Positions 1 to 14,490 of a stretch of DNA of 64,000 nucleotides are shown here, piece after piece. The notes beneath the pieces are model-generated. The model was not told where the DNA came from. It did not search any database and worked only from the letters and a program-made list of their open reading frames with translations. Numbering within the stretch: position 1 is the stretch's first letter; each line of letters starts with the position of its first letter. This DNA comes from Octopus vulgaris. Lineage: Eukaryota. The translations under genes and the position numbers were made by a program. The stretch is taken from NCBI GenBank assembly GCA_951406725.2, contig OX597818.1, positions 16,740,001-16,804,000 on the forward strand, given 5' to 3'.

Positions 1-892
1 AGAAAAAGAGAGAGGCGGAAGTCACCAACGATAGTAGAACTGGAGTGCAAAGCGATGGAAGAGGTAATCCAACATATGACGAGAAATGGGGAAGATTCAC
101 CAGTAGGATCACCAGGAAAGAACTTACAAGTACAAAAACATTCAGACCCACAGACACTCAAACACACAGACATCCAACCGCACAGAAATATAGAGAAACA
201 GATACAAGATGTCTTAGAACCACAGAAACCTAAAAGCATAGACACACAGATGAAACATGCAGAATTACAGTTAAACAAACACACAGACACAATCACAGGA
301 CAGCCAAGAATTACAGAAATACAGAGAAAAAAAACACAAACATGCAAGTGACAAACAGAAGGTTTATAGTGAAAAATAGGACACGCAAAAGTTAAAAGAA
401 TTTCAAAATTGAAAGACATCATGAAAGAGTGAATCCACTGGGGCAGGAGGTGGATGTTGAACCTCGTGCCTCAGTGGTGAATTATGGAAAAGGAGAATTG
501 GTAAGTTGTTATTTCTCTTTAAAGACTATAAAAACTGAGAAAAACCTTTAGTTAAACTTTTTATTGGAGACAAAAAAAAAAAAGGAAAAGCAAGTAAATT
601 TTGTAACTATTGAATGAACAAGTGTTTAAAATTTTTTTTTAAATGTAAGGTGGAAAGGAAAAGGGAAGTCTCAGTTTTGCCTCTGAGCAGGGCTGGAAAT
701 TGTTATTTAAAATGTAGGTTTAAAAAGGAGGGAAAAAAAGGATTACGGTTTCATCTCAGAGCGGGACCGAGATGACTGTCTCATTTTCATTGTAATTTAA
801 TTCATTTTACATTCATTCTTTCAGGTATTTTTTGTTCCCACATGTCTGTGTATATCCCCTCTGTGTTTAGGCCTTGTGCCTGTAATAAAGAA
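1..892 (+). mobile_element. 3' part of a probable non-autonomous L1/Tx1-type LINE (low-complexity ORF1-like remnant plus 3' UTR)
   Basis: Purine-rich Q/K/T/H-rich ORF at 55-351. Ends in TCCCCTCTGTGTTTAGGCCTTGTGCCTGTAATAAAGAA, which resembles the L1/Tx1 tail at 45160-45211 and the SINE-B tail at 43080-43133. Confidence 0.45.
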
Positions 893-914
893 TGCAGCTA
901 GCAAGCCAAGCTAC

Positions 915-957
915 ACCAGACTGATAAAGAGCAATGACTCTGAAACTAGCCTCTGGT
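915..957 (+). ncRNA. Degenerate minimal type I hammerhead ribozyme motif
   Basis: ACCAGA-CTGATAA-AGAG caatga CTCT-GAAAC-TA-GCC-TCTGGT. 6-bp stem I and 4-bp stem II; two deviations from the canonical core (G8->A, U16.1->C). Confidence 0.6.
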
Positions 958-2669
958 TGCTGGTTTTGCTGGGTGGAGGTGCTTATCTACCCTGCTTGAA
1001 AACATAAGGATACATTATGCTTGTGTCACATGGCCAACTGGAAACGGTATTTACTGGGGCTAAATAGCAGTAGCATTCTTCCCTTTCCTGGAATTGCCAC
1101 ATTAAGTTGGCAACAAACCATCAATTTATCATGCTGCTTCTGCATAAGTCTCTCTTAGAGATTTAGAACTGCAATATTTCTAATTTTACATATATATATA
1201 TATATATTAGGATAATGTAATATGTATGTATTTGGTAACAGCAAAATCTAAAAATCTAATATATATTTCTGAGATGGCTGTTGATAGATTACAATTACAC
1301 AGTAATGACTGTAATAGAAAATTGAAATTAAAATGTGCAATCTTTTATTTCCATTCAGAGAAAAAGAAAAGGAATTTGAAATGAATTTCTAAAATTGTAT
1401 GTGGTGGGTGTGCATGGTTGTGGTGGAGAACAAGGCTAGAATTGTACAAATATACAGGATGAAGGGAAATTGAGAAGGATGCTGAGTCCTAGGAATTTGT
1501 TGTTAAGTGACTTGGATGGATGTCACTCGATGAATGCAAGGCCATTAAAGCCTCTGAAGTGTAATATATTTTAAAGCGAACAGGAAACAAGGGAAGTATA
1601 TGGGAATGGGTGAGGTGAAATATTATACGCATATACACACGCACACACACAGTGAGAGAGAAAAAGAGAATAATTGTTGATTTTTAAATGGGACATGATG
1701 AGGGAAAGAGAGAGAGTGGTGGTGGTGGTGGTGTTGGGGGTGGAAATAGTCAGATTAATAATTACATTGAGAATAAAAATAAAATACTTAGAATAAGTGG
1801 TTGAGTTAGAGATTTTTAAAGGGTTACAACTGTGATAGAAAAGATGTATGAGAATGTTGAAAGTGTAGCTATTCATGCCCTTATTGAAATATATTTGTGT
1901 GTGTGGGTACGGTTTGTTTAGACCCAGGTCAACAACTATAATGGAGAAAACTGGTGATCAAAGGCTATCTTGTCTTTTTATATATCAGGCATTGTATCAT
2001 TTAATCATGTATCTATAATTACAATGGTAAGGAGCTTTTTTTTGTTATTTCTAACAGGCTGAGCAGCCACATAAAGGCTCACTTGTTGGCTCATATGTGA
2101 CTCATTTATGTATAGAATCATCCTAATTTTATAAAGAGTAATACTCAATGGCTCTTGACTTTCTCATTCTACAATGTTAGTATTTGTTCTTTGTACAACA
2201 ATATTGATAAATAAAACAGTGTTGACAACTTGGTCTGCTTGCTATAAGAAAGATATTGAACTAAATAATACAAAATGTCCTCTTTACTCCGTATTATATG
2301 TAGTAACACTAGTGATTTGATTATGATGGCACTAACAGAGAGAGAAAGAGGCAGGTGAATGAATGGAAGGAACAAAATAGGATGGAACATGACAAATAGA
2401 TGGACAGACTTTGCATATAGAGTATTGAGGTGGTCAGTGAATTTTCTGTTTATTGAACCTACTTTCATTTGAACTTTTTATCTAAAGTTTCTTGTATAGA
2501 TTGCCTGCTCTTTAAGATGGAGGTGTGCTGGAACTTGTTTAAACATCCATGGGATTAAACAATTGAAAGTTCTCATTATTCCTAACCAGGAAGGTCAGCC
2601 ACTTGAAGATTTTTTGTTTGTGGGAGAATTTGAATTCAGAGCTATAAAGTCATATAGCACCTCTGTAAT

Positions 2670-2900
2670 ATCATTATCGCCATTATACATTGTCTTTCCA
2701 TGCTATCGTGGGTTGGATGGTTTAACAGGATCTGGCCAGTCAGAAGACTGCCAAACTCTGTCTACTTTGACATGGTTTCTACAGCTTGATGCTCTTCCTA
2801 ACACCAACCACTTTACAGATTATACTAGATGCTCTTTATGTGACACCAGCAACTCTGATGTCAACAAGTAACTTGCAAGACAAGACCCCTTAACTGCAGT
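2670..2900 (-). mobile_element. Decayed RTE LINE 3' end
   Basis: Similar to 34537-34700 (TTTCCATGCT..GGGTTGGA..GATGCTCTTCCTAACACCAACC). Confidence 0.65.
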
Positions 2901-3222
2901 ATTAAGGTAGGAGGCTTTGTTCCAGGGTATGAGAGATTTGAGCATGAATAAAGGCCTCAGAATATTGCTGATAACAAATGATGGGCTTTGACCCTTTTAA
3001 TCTGTTGGTCAGTATCTCAAAGACTTGGTTAGTTATAGTTCCTACTTTCTGGATCATGTGGTTTTCTCTACCATTGAGAGTGATTCTCTTATTGGCCCAC
3101 ACTGGCTTGGTTGATGTTGGGTAGGCTCAGTCAGTTCTGCTTGAGCACAATTAACTGGGCCTCTTCATTGGACGTAATTGTGATACAGAGGTAAGTAATT
3201 AATTGAAATGTTTGATTACTGT

Positions 3223-3619
3223 TACTCTTTTACTTGTTTCAGTCATTTGACTATGGCCATGCTGGATCACCACCTTTAGTCGAGCAAATTACCCCCAGGA
3301 CTTATTCTTTGTAAGCCTAGTACATATTCTGTCAGTCTTTTTTGTCTAACTGCTAAGTTATGGGGACGTAAACACACCACCATTGGTTGTCAAGCGATGT
3401 TGGGGGGAACAAACACAGACACACAAACACACACACATATATATATACATATATACGACAGGCTTTTTTCAGTTTCTGCCTACCAAATCCACTCACAAGG
3501 CTTTGGTCGGCCCAAGGCTATAATAGAAGACACTTGCCCAATGTGCCACGCAGTGGGACTGAACGCAGAACCATGTGGTTGGTAAGCAAGCTACTTACCA
3601 CACAGCCACTCCTACAGCC
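3223..3619 (-). mobile_element. SINE family A (tRNA-derived head, CORE-like body), full length
   Basis: Reverse complement of the 19585-19990 copy. A-box TGGCTGTGTGG, degenerate B-box, internal (TA/TG)n, tail GACTGAAACAAGTAAAAGAGT. Confidence 0.92.
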
Positions 3620-6600
3620 TTGTTCCTAGTTATTTAGTAATTTTGTCTCTCTTGTGTCCAAATTATCCATGAGATTTAGAGACTTAAAAAGCATGTAATT
3701 TTTCATTTGGAGATAATATGGGCTTTGTTGGAAAAGATTTATCTGCCATATTGTTTTGGTCAAAGTCTCAACAAAGAATCCCTTTGAGTGGCACTAATGT
3801 TATTTTATTCCTTTCTAATTAGTTGTGACATGTGGAAAACAGAAACTTTTGTATACATTTGATAAAGAATTTTCACAAAATTTACTTATATTTCATTGTA
3901 GTTCATACGAATTGTTTTAAATTTATGACTTGTTGAAGTTGAAAACAATTCTTTTACTGATATTTTTAGCTCTTTTTTTTTGCTCTTTTATGACATTTTA
4001 TTCTGTAAAGAGAAAAAAAAAATGAAAAAACAAACAATTGAATCTTTGTTATTGCTGGTTGTAGTGTTAGCTTTGTTAGTTTTATTTTCAGTCTTGTTTC
4101 TTGTTACATTCTTGGTTTTGTGGCTGAGTGGTTAAGAAGTTTGCTTTGCAGCCATGAGTTTCAGTTATGATCCCACTGCTTAACATTTTAGTCAAGTGCC
4201 TTTATTATAGCCTTAGAAAAATAAATAAGTAAATGAGTGGAAATTGTACTGGTGAGTGTGTTAAATTATAAGGCACTAAAAGGGAATGACTCTCCTCAGA
4301 CACAACTGTTCAGAAAGTTGTAAGGATTGTACCAATAATTGAAAAGTCCAACCTAGTCACATATTGCATCATGCTGGTACAGCTTGAGAATTACATTAAG
4401 GGTACATATGTTTGTCAGATACTCAGCTTCTTAGACTTAATGGGTCGGACATTTAGTTGGGACAGGGATGAGGTATTTGTGCCAAATGTTCATTGAATTT
4501 CACCTTTGATGGTCTGTCATTTTATCCAAAGAGCAGAATTCAAAGCTAAGTACAACAGACTTTATAAATTTATAATATATTGTACCACATATTGTCAGAT
4601 AATTCCTTTTCGATTATTTCCCACCAATTCCACTTTATATCTGAAAATGTAACCAGCAAAGTGTTGGGTATTGCTCAATGTAATGCAATTGTCATGGCAA
4701 CATTTATTTCTACTTGATATATCAGGTCCTTATACTCATATAAAAAAAAAGTTTGTCTCTTAGAGTAAATATGTAAACAATAATTGAGCATAAAGCTTTT
4801 TTTTTTTTTTTTTTTTTTTTAAATTTGTGTCAGTATTGATATCAGCTGATATCTCAACCAATGTTTGTTGTTCTATAAAACTTAATATTCTGTTGATAAG
4901 CCCAATATTGAGAGCCACTTATCAGAGGCATATTGGATGTCTGAAAGTAATGAAAGTATTTTTCACTGTCTCTGAAGCAAGTTTGGAACAGCGTAATTTT
5001 AGAAGGCCCTAACAGATAAGACCCTAATACTATAAATCTGTTTTTGGTATGCAAATGAATATTCCAAAGATATTTGTTTTTGTTTGTTATACACATCTGG
5101 CTCCATTGTTACTACCACTTGTAGGATGGTAATGGAAGTAGAATTGCTGTACACCAACTGGCTGCCCTGTCACATGGCACCTCATGTGTTAAACTGTTTG
5201 AATGCACAGTTTATTTATTATTCATTCACTATAGTCAAGGTCAATGCAGCCACTTGGGCTCTTGAGGTGACAACTCTTCACCTGCTCCAGTCCAAGGTGC
5301 AGCTATCCTTCCTCAACCTATTCACAAATGTTATCCTCTGAATATCGTACATCATCATGCATGGGCTCCCAGAGAACAAGTCTTGAAGTGATGCAATGAG
5401 AATAATGGATGTTGTGGCCAGCAACCTTTACTTAAATTTTTTTCTTTTTGTTAAATCTTTGTGGTCACCAAACGTAAACTGGTGTGGAGGCTAACATTAT
5501 TAATGTTTTCCACCCACAAGACATCCTCAGCTGTATGGAATATCCAGGTACAGTTCCTATTTAATGATTTCTTGTGAGCAGCAGTTAGTGCTCATATCTT
5601 TTCTTAAACAAAGATGTACTGTATTTTGAAAAAACTAGTGATGGTCTGCTTTGATAAAAATAGAAATCATTGAACAAAAGTTTGAAAATTTGGATGTTTG
5701 AATGTTATGTGATGTCACTTCTGATGTTTCATGAAAAGAGCTTCTCTAAAGATAAAAAAGATATTTAAGATAGCAATGAAGAAACCTACTTTCTCATTGT
5801 TATCCTAGATATTATCCATATTTGCATTGTATATCTACTGAAGACACCTTACACACACACGCACGCACACACACACACACACACACATTCATTCATTCAT
5901 TCATTCATTGCCTTTCATTTGTGTGTATGTGTATCTATGTGTGTGCACAAATGTGTATTGGTGTGTGTGTGTGTCACTGTTGAAGTTGTTTGTAAACTGT
6001 GAATAAGGTGCAAATTTCGAGTTCTTGTTGGTAACTTTTTTTTTTTTTTTTGTCCTTGTCTTCTAATAGTAATTACCCAACTTTCTAGGCTTTTCTCACA
6101 GCTATACTACGTTCAGAAATTATACTAGTATTTAAAAAAACTTCCATTCAATAAATGCTTTTACTTTACATATACATTAATAGCGAATTATAACTTCAAA
6201 GAAAAAGTGAGAGACTTTGCAAATGAAAGGGGAATACTCTGCAGTGAATGCAATGAATATTTAAATTTATGATGAATTGAATGCAGTGAATATTTAAATT
6301 TGTGAGAAATTGGAGTTAAAAAATTCAGTAAACTTGAGAAATTGAAATTATAGAAAATTTCTTAGAACATGAATTTATAAAAATATTTCCAGGCGATCAA
6401 CCCTTTAATAATTGCTTTCTTTTAGTACTTTTAGTAATTGTTACATACCTAATTAATAAGCAGCTTTCTCCATTATAGTATAGATGCTTGCTATGATGAT
6501 GATGATAATGGCATTGAATGGTGTGTGGTGGTGGTGGTGCTAAGAATGTTTCCCTTTAATTACACTTGGTTTGAGTCTCGTCTTTTTGGTTTTTCTCTCT

Positions 6601-7287
6601 TCTAATCTTTCTCTTTCCTCATCACCCTTCACGAAAAACCCACCACCACCACCACCAGAAAGATCTTAATCTGTTTTAATTCTTCATTGTGAAGCTTATC
6701 ATTAAGTAACGTTGCACCAGAAGCCAGTCAGGATGGTTAATGATGATGCAGCCATCAAACATTGCCATAGTGATTCACTAAACTGAAATTCATGAGATGC
6801 TCTTTCTTTTTTTTGCCATTGAGAGGATTTGAACTCAAACTAACAAGACAGTTGCCAGTTATACTCTGCCAACAACCCCACCTCACTTCTATGGTACCAA
6901 TATTACAGCTAGATCACCTGAGCTGCTGGAAGTTAAATACCTTCGTTATGGACACAACTGAATAACAGCAACAGGATGTGAATCAGCTGTCTTGTAGATA
7001 AAACAGCTTGGCACAGGTTGTGTTGTGTGCATGTGTTACTATTTGTGGTTGAGTGGTTAAGAATTTTGCTTTGTAATCTTGAGGTTCTGAGTTCCCTCTA
7101 CATGACATCTTGGATAAGTGCATTATCAAATGTGTTCTTTTTCAAAAATGTTGGTGTGGCTACTGCATCTAGCAAGTTGAGTAACCACATAGAAACTTCA
7201 CATCACATTCCTTTATCATATATTCATAAAGAGCACTGTTTATTATATTTCAGATGTTGCTGCTACACGCATGCACACACGTAAGCA

Positions 7288-7530
7288 GGCAGCATATTGG
7301 TAGAGTTGTTAGAGCACCATTTAGAATACCTTGCTGTATGTTCTGGCCCCCTACACTCTGAGTTTAAATCCCACAGTGGTTATCCTTGTGTTTCATTTTT
7401 CTGGGTTTGTTAAAATAAAGTACCAGTCTAGAATGGTGGAATTGTTAGAGTGCCAGACATGGTCCCTTGCAGTATTTCTTTGTTCTAATTCTTTGCATTC
7501 TGAGTTCAAGTTCTGCTATGGCCTACTTAT
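7288..7530 (+). mobile_element. Two tandem decayed SINE-B fragments
   Basis: TCTGAGTTTAAATCCC..TTTCAT..TAAAATAAAGTACCAGT, then a second head ending TCTGAGTTCAAG. Confidence 0.6.
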
Positions 7531-9099
7531 ATAGTAGACTTACTTCACCACCCAGTTTAATAGCACTACCTTGAGTGTCTTTAGTGGAGAAGTTCACTCT
7601 ATTGTAAGCCTTCAAGCCAGATATTCAAGTTGAAGGCACTTCCAATCTGCCTTCCACCTTGTGGAAACCCTGAAAAAGTGCCATGAGTACTGCCATCTCC
7701 CACTTTGACTAAATAAAGGCATCTACAAAAAGAACCTATAGGCTCATGAACATACCCAAACTTAGGTGTTTAGACTAAAAGTATAAGGCTCCTTTCTGAA
7801 CAGAATGCTAGTCCATCAAGGGTTAAACACCAGATTCCACTGGTATTCACTTTTAGCTGAGTGTACTGGAGTAATGTGGTTCCCTGCTTCCTCAGTAAGC
7901 AATATAAATGTTATAAAGTGGGTTCCTCCTATTGGTGTGATGTGTGACTGCTGGTGTACTGTAGTTGCTGTTTTTCACTAGTAGCTACAGTAGTTACTAG
8001 TCATTGGATACCGTTGTATCTCTTCGTGTCAGAATAGTAATACACTAACTTCTGTCTTACTATTGCTGATAGCTCCACAAGATACCGACTAGAACTGTAG
8101 ACTCTCAACTCTTTGACTCTCGACCCACACTTGACAACCGGCTACTGGTTTATTTAAAATGGCTGTCCCTACCATTTTTTGCTGGGAGGGGTTTATAGTT
8201 TTACCATACAACAATAAAAAAGAAATGTGTTCTCCTTTTAAAGATTGTGAGGAAGAATTTGGTTTCTGTTTCTGGCTAAGTGACTACATAGAGATGTCTG
8301 GTTGGCTTGACACTCTTCTGTCATAGTTTGATCAATTGAAAAGAACACAATATTTTTCTCAGGCAGTCTAAATACAATTAGTAGAGAACCTCAAGTTTGT
8401 TGAGGTTAGTTCCCATTGTAGAAAATATAAACATACAAATCTCTGTTTTTGTGTTGAAAATTATTTTTGTTGAACATTAATAAATTTGAGAAAAGACACA
8501 TAAAGATTGCTTTGAATTGGATGGGAAAACAAAACTAGTCTCCATAAAAACTTATTTTTAATTTACTATATGTAGATGTATTATTATTAAATTACAAGTG
8601 CTTGATGCTTGTCTATTGTCAAGTAGTTTTAAAGATGAGTATTATAAAATAGTCAAGTGTTTATATCACAACTACTTCCTTACTTGCTAAAATGTAGCTA
8701 AAGGAGATCTCTCATTCTATTAAACTAAGTTTTCCTGTTCTGGTTATAATGTTATAAGCTGCCCGATTACTTGGAATTATGTGTGTTAGGACAAATAGAA
8801 AAATATATAAACTTTCAGTATCAACAACAACAATGAGACCATCAATGGGGTCACTTGACTTGCTAGAAATAGCAGCTAAATCTTCCATTTGTCACACCCT
8901 CTAGGGCCTCCTTAGGATACAGTTGACTATGGAAAGCTTGTCTCCAAGGTGCAGACTAACTCCAAGCATTGAGAGCCAAAATAAGTATTGTAAAGCATTC
9001 TATCCAATATTCCAATGACTGCTTCTTCAGCACCTTAGTCACAGCTGAACATTTTGAAAAAGGAGGCGACACACATTGGATGTAGTTCTGCATGCACTC

Positions 9100-9503
9100 A
9101 TCATCATTTAACATCCATTTTTCCATGTTTGCTTGTGTCAAGCATAATTTGTTGAGGCATATTTTTCTCTGGCTGGAAGCCCTTCCTGTCACTAATACCC
9201 ACTTATTTCCAAGTGCAGTAGTATTTTTCCAGGTCCTGATATGTTTTCAGTGGAAGACTGGAAACGAACATCTTCACTTGTATGATGATGATGATACTCC
9301 TTTACAACCATAATATGATGTCTTGACAAGGGCACACACACATGCATGAGACAGGTTTCTTAAAGTTTCCATCTACCAAATCCACTCACAAAGCTGAAGT
9401 TATACAGTAGAAGACAATTCCCCAAGATGCTGCACAGTTGGACTGAACCCAAGGCCACATAGTTACTAAGCAAGCTTCTCAACCACACAACCAGATTTGT
9501 GCC
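9100..9503 (-). mobile_element. Chimeric SINE: SINE-A head/core plus RTE LINE tail
   Basis: Minus strand reads SINE-A head, (TG)n, then GGAAGGGCTTCCAGCC..CATGGAAAAATGGATGTTAAATGATGATG, as in the RTE tail at 53210-53347. Confidence 0.7.
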
Positions 9504-11724
9504 TATAATCTGGTGTGAGGAGGTGACCAAAAAGAATGGGCTGGTCATGCATTGAATGCCTTTGATCATGGATCTGATTCATCAGCATAGACTGAGGTCA
9601 AACAATAACAATGACAGATCTAAGAACTGCAAAATCTCAGCATTTAAATGTTGACCATATGTTAGTGACTGCATATTGGAGGCCAAAATCTCACTGAATC
9701 AACATCCTTTATACTTCAATATACACCATAACACAGTAGGTGTATGTGTGTTACAATGCCAATGTCCATTCTATATACTAAGATCTCTGTAGCATTGTTA
9801 TTTGTAGATTACAAAAGAAAAAGAAAAAAAGCTCTCAGAAGGATATAAGTTAAATCAGTTAACTCAAGCTATCATAGTGGAGCAGATGAAAGCTGATGGT
9901 ATGTCATGACTAATAACTGAGGAAGGCTACATTGGATAAATGGTTCATTAGATTCCATGCTTCTAGACCCTGTAGTATGATTAGTTAATAATTATGTTGT
10001 GGCTGGCTTGACTAATCCCAGATCAACTTCTATATCTTTGTGCAGACCTTCCTTTTCTGCAAGATGCTATCAAAGATGCAAGTATGTAGTGGTATGGCAT
10101 TGTAGTACATGTATGTGTTTGAGCGATGTGGTTCAGTGTAATACAGTAGGGCACAAATTGAAAATCTGCGTGGGATATGCATGTAAAAGTGTGTATGTGC
10201 AAGATACAACTCAGTAAGTGGTACAACAGGATATAGTAAGTACTTCCTCTTTGTGTGTGATGTAGTAGTCCTTTTGCCAAAAAGAATTTTGTGTGTGTGA
10301 CAGAGAGATGCTGAGATATGACTGGCCCTCCTCTGAATATTATGATTTCCTTCTTCAAGAGATACTATGAAATATCCTGTTAAAATATGTTTTTGCCTCA
10401 ACATAAGTTTCCTTATCGTGTTCTTGTATTCTTTTACTTATTTCAGTTGTTGGACTGTGGCCATACTGGTCCACCTGCTTTAAAGTTTATCGTTGACCAT
10501 ATTAAACCTTACCCCATCCAAGTACTCCAGTCTTTTTGTTACATTACTAAGTTACTAGACATAAAGTCTACAACATAAATGACACCAGCTTTTTGACTGG
10601 TGTAAACATAAAGATACCTGTATTCACATGTGCACACATGCTCTCTCACACACACACACTTGATGAACATTTTCCATTAGCATATTAGATTTGATGATCA
10701 CAGCAATGATATCGATATTAAATACATTATATCAGTGACTTGAAATGAAATTTATTTCATCAGCTTTTGCTTATTACTGACGTCATCTCTTGGAAATACT
10801 TCTTTCATTTAAAAGTATTGGTCTTACTGAGTTTTTGAGTTACCTTGTGTGTGTGTGTGTGTGTGTGTGTGTTTGTGTGTGTGCGTGTGCAGTAGCAGGA
10901 GAAAGAGAGATATGGATAGGTAGCTCAGTCTTCATATAGATATGCACATGGACTGATAGATAGACTGACAAATCAGAATTTAGATGTGCAGATAGGTAGA
11001 CCTATCAATTGACTAACTGATAGGTATAATGAGAAATTGAATGAGAGAGAGAGAGAGAGAGAGAGAGAAAGAAATAATGATTATGGGAAATAAGAGATAT
11101 GGCTGGCTCCTGAAGTCTCTTGTATCTCTGACCCAACCACACAGCTTTTTAAATTATTGTGAGATCACTGTTATTATCAGAACTGGTTAAATATCCAATT
11201 TTCTATGCAACCATCAGTTGGGTAGCTCCCTCTTTTCACATTCCTCCCCCAACTCTCTCTGTGTCTATGAAGAAAACTTACAGCCTCTTTCTTCATGGAA
11301 ACTTAGTCTTCTGTGGTGCAGTTCTATATTACCATCCATATCTTATTTCATATGGATTAGAGGAGGGGGTGGGCATTACTTAATCCACTTGTATCTGTTT
11401 GAATCCCCAGATTATTAGGAGATAAGAATCTTGGCTACGTGGTTTCATTTTTGAAGAAAACCAACGGCACATAACTTTATATAGTTAGTGGTCGGGGAGG
11501 AGGGATGATTAGAGGCGGAAGAGTTGAAGATGAGAGAAGCCTAACGTAGAACTAAATGTGTTTACTATGTTTTGGAATTCTGCTTTAATCCATACTTTCA
11601 ACCCAGATCTAGTAGCACAATTGTTGTTTAACCCCAGGTCAACCCTGGTTGTATAGACTTATGGTCATCCACGACTATCCTGTCTTTTCCTGAAGGGCTG
11701 CTTCATCCAATTTGTCATTCTATT

Positions 11725-11951
11725 TTAATTCTTTAGCATTTAAACCGGCCATATTGGGTCAAAATATTCCGTCCACTTTATGTTCAAACTAGCCAGATCT
11801 TACCTCTCACACTTAGCCTGTAATGGTATTCGAAAAATAAACAATCACATCATTGAAATTTCAAAGCTACAAGGTGATTCATGATGAATTTTTAAAAATG
11901 TGAATAAATAAGGTAACATTTGACAAAGTAATCTGAATGCTAAAGGGTTAA
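11725..11951. mobile_element. piggyBac-type MITE
   Basis: TTAA-ttCTTTAGCATT ... AATGCTAAAGGG-TTAA terminal inverted repeats with TTAA target duplication. Related copies at 34421-35168, 37100-37137, 39164 and 39557. Confidence 0.8.
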
Positions 11952-12326
11952 AGCAACAGAATGTGATATGAGGGAGATTTGGCTGCTAGTCCTTGCAGGC
12001 TATGCAATAATGTGGAAGTTTCTTCTTTAGCTCCATGGATAGGAATGTTGTCTTGTTTATTAAGCAACCTCATTAAGTCAGTAACATATTGGCCTACCTG
12101 CACATAGTTCAATAGTTCATATCTGCTTTGAAACATTTTGTTGTGTCTCTGGTCAAAATAATTTACACTCCATTACTTCACAGTTTACCAAGCTGTCAGG
12201 AATAGATATTAGGTCATCTGGCAAAGTTGTTGGCATCCTGTTAGAGGAGAGAAGAAATTTCTCTTATCTATTTCATAAACCAATACAAGTACTAGCTGTA
12301 AAAATCTCACAAGATCTTGGGTCGAG

Positions 12327-12360
<34 letters not shown>

Positions 12361-14223
12361 ATACATGCATACATATGTATTTCCTAAGCTTGTGTGAGTC
12401 TTTACTATATATTTAATGTATTTGACTTACAATTTTCATGCCACTACTCAGTTTTTTTACATTTCCTCTGGTAACAAATTTTCTTCCTTATTAAAAACAG
12501 TTAAAAAAAAAAAAAAAAATGGAAAATGGTTCCAGGACACGCATTTCATTGGATATCATTCCTCATATGTCACTACACATTAGTTTCATTGGAAAAATTC
12601 AGGTTAAGGGTGATAATTCATGCTGAAAAATATTCATGATGTTAAAATCATTAACTGTCAGAAGAGATTATTTTGAGAATATTGTCTTTTTTTCTTGGGA
12701 GGTAGGCTAATGAAGGGGAAATTGTTTGAATTTTACATTTTCAAGTCTCACACTTCAGACATAAATTTTGAGTTTCAACTTTCACAAATCCTGATTCCAA
12801 ATTTTAATTAAATATTCAACTAGAACTAAAATGTTACCAGTCCACAGATGTTTGAAAGGATTGAAGTTTGAATTTTTTCATGTGTAAATATAAAGAAATG
12901 GATTCTTTTGTGGCTAAGATATTGGCAATGTTAATAATTTGAATTTTACAGTTGCATAAAAATTACGTTTATTGTAACTGCTATATGATTTGCTTTTGCG
13001 GTAATATTCCCTTTAATTGAGGAATATTGTCTCCTCTTTCCTGAGTGATATAGAATGTCTTGTGCTAGATAAGATCACAAATTTCTAACTGTAATCAAAA
13101 GCACAACATTGCCAACTTCATTGAATGTAACCTCAGAATTTTTTTTTTTTAAAAGAAAATGCTTGTTGCTGCTATTAAATTGCCATATAGTACGACCCCC
13201 CCCCCAAACACATTTGATTAATTTTAAAACTCAATACACACTGCAGAGTCATTCACTCAGATATAGAAGCAAGAGCAATTTCACTTTGACCCCATAGCTA
13301 TGGAGTTGTGAAGTGAACTTAGCCATGAAGGTATACCTGTACATATAGATAGATAATATAGTATAAAATGTCATATTCTGTGTGACACTTTGAGCAGGTA
13401 TCCTTCACCAAAGTCTTAGACCTGCCAAAGCCTTGTGAGCAAAAGTTAGATAAAAATTTGAGGAAACCCTTTCAAGAAACCTTTGCTGTTGTTAGGTAGT
13501 AAAGCTAAATTTGTTGTTTCGCTTCATCACCCATACGTTTTGGTGCCTTGAGTGAAGATTGCTCTTCTGTAAGCATCTAGGTCAGGATCTGGCCCAAGGA
13601 CTTCATACCTGACTACCACCAGTTCCTTATCTGGACTAAATTGTAGATATAAACGTATCTACACACACACAGTATGTTAGTGGGGACTAACATAATTGAT
13701 GTAATGTGCCAAAAAGTTTTAATTATAATTTTTTAAAAAATCATTGTCTAATTCTGGTCAATAACTGCAAGGGAGACAAATCTGGATTCTAAATTACTTG
13801 GAATCAATTTAAATATAGACTCTAGGGAGGAGTAATTAATTTACTAACTGTTTTACTTTTCAGAAAGTTTAATGAAATATTCTGTATCCTATTTCTTGTG
13901 TTGGCTCACAATCCATTTCGTGGTCTTAGCATCAGTACACCACTCAGTTCATATCACCCTCCCTAAAGATTGGTGCCGCCCACTTTAGGAAGTTGATCAC
14001 ATGCCTTTCGTGTGTTTCAGTTTGATTTTTTAAACTTCCAGAATTTCAGCCTTATTGAAACTAAATATGTTAACATTCAGGTCTTATTCCTTGTTTTGGT
14101 GCATGTTGCTGGTGCAAGTATATATAACTAAAACTTAACAACTTTGTAGTATTAACTTTAGTTATAAATACTTGCTCTATGAAGGAAATGAAGAAAATGG
14201 AAATCTGCTAAGTAATATTTTCC

Positions 14224-14490
14224 TTAACCTTTTTACTGCAGAAATCAGATACATCCACTCAAAATTTCATTACCCTTAACTGCAAAAGGCAATTTTGTGT
14301 TCCGATCTATCTCTTGTTAAAGACTGCCATGTATGAAACTGTTTTTCTTTGAGAGACTTGACAAGTTTATTGGACACAACGTGACTTGCAGAAAATGCCA
14401 ATGCTTTTTTTCCTTTTTTTTTTTTTTGGTGGATATTTACTATCATCAGTGGAATAACCATTAAATTCAATTTTGCATTTAAAGGGTTAA
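14224..14490. mobile_element. Possible second piggyBac-type MITE
   Basis: Bounded by TTAACCTTTTTACTGCAGAA and TTTTGCATTTAAAGGGTTAA. Confidence 0.5.

Noticed and set aside
3181-3196. Perfect donor-like GAG|GTAAGT
   Set aside because: No convincing upstream acceptor or reading frame; such a motif is expected by chance in 64 kb.
5485-5535. Minus-strand CTGAGGA..GAAAACATTAATAATGTTA hammerhead-like layout
   Set aside because: Stem I does not pair and stem II is poor.
5040-5700. Possible decayed transposase on the minus strand (KQTITSFFK)
   Set aside because: Single short motif; no catalytic motifs or termini found.
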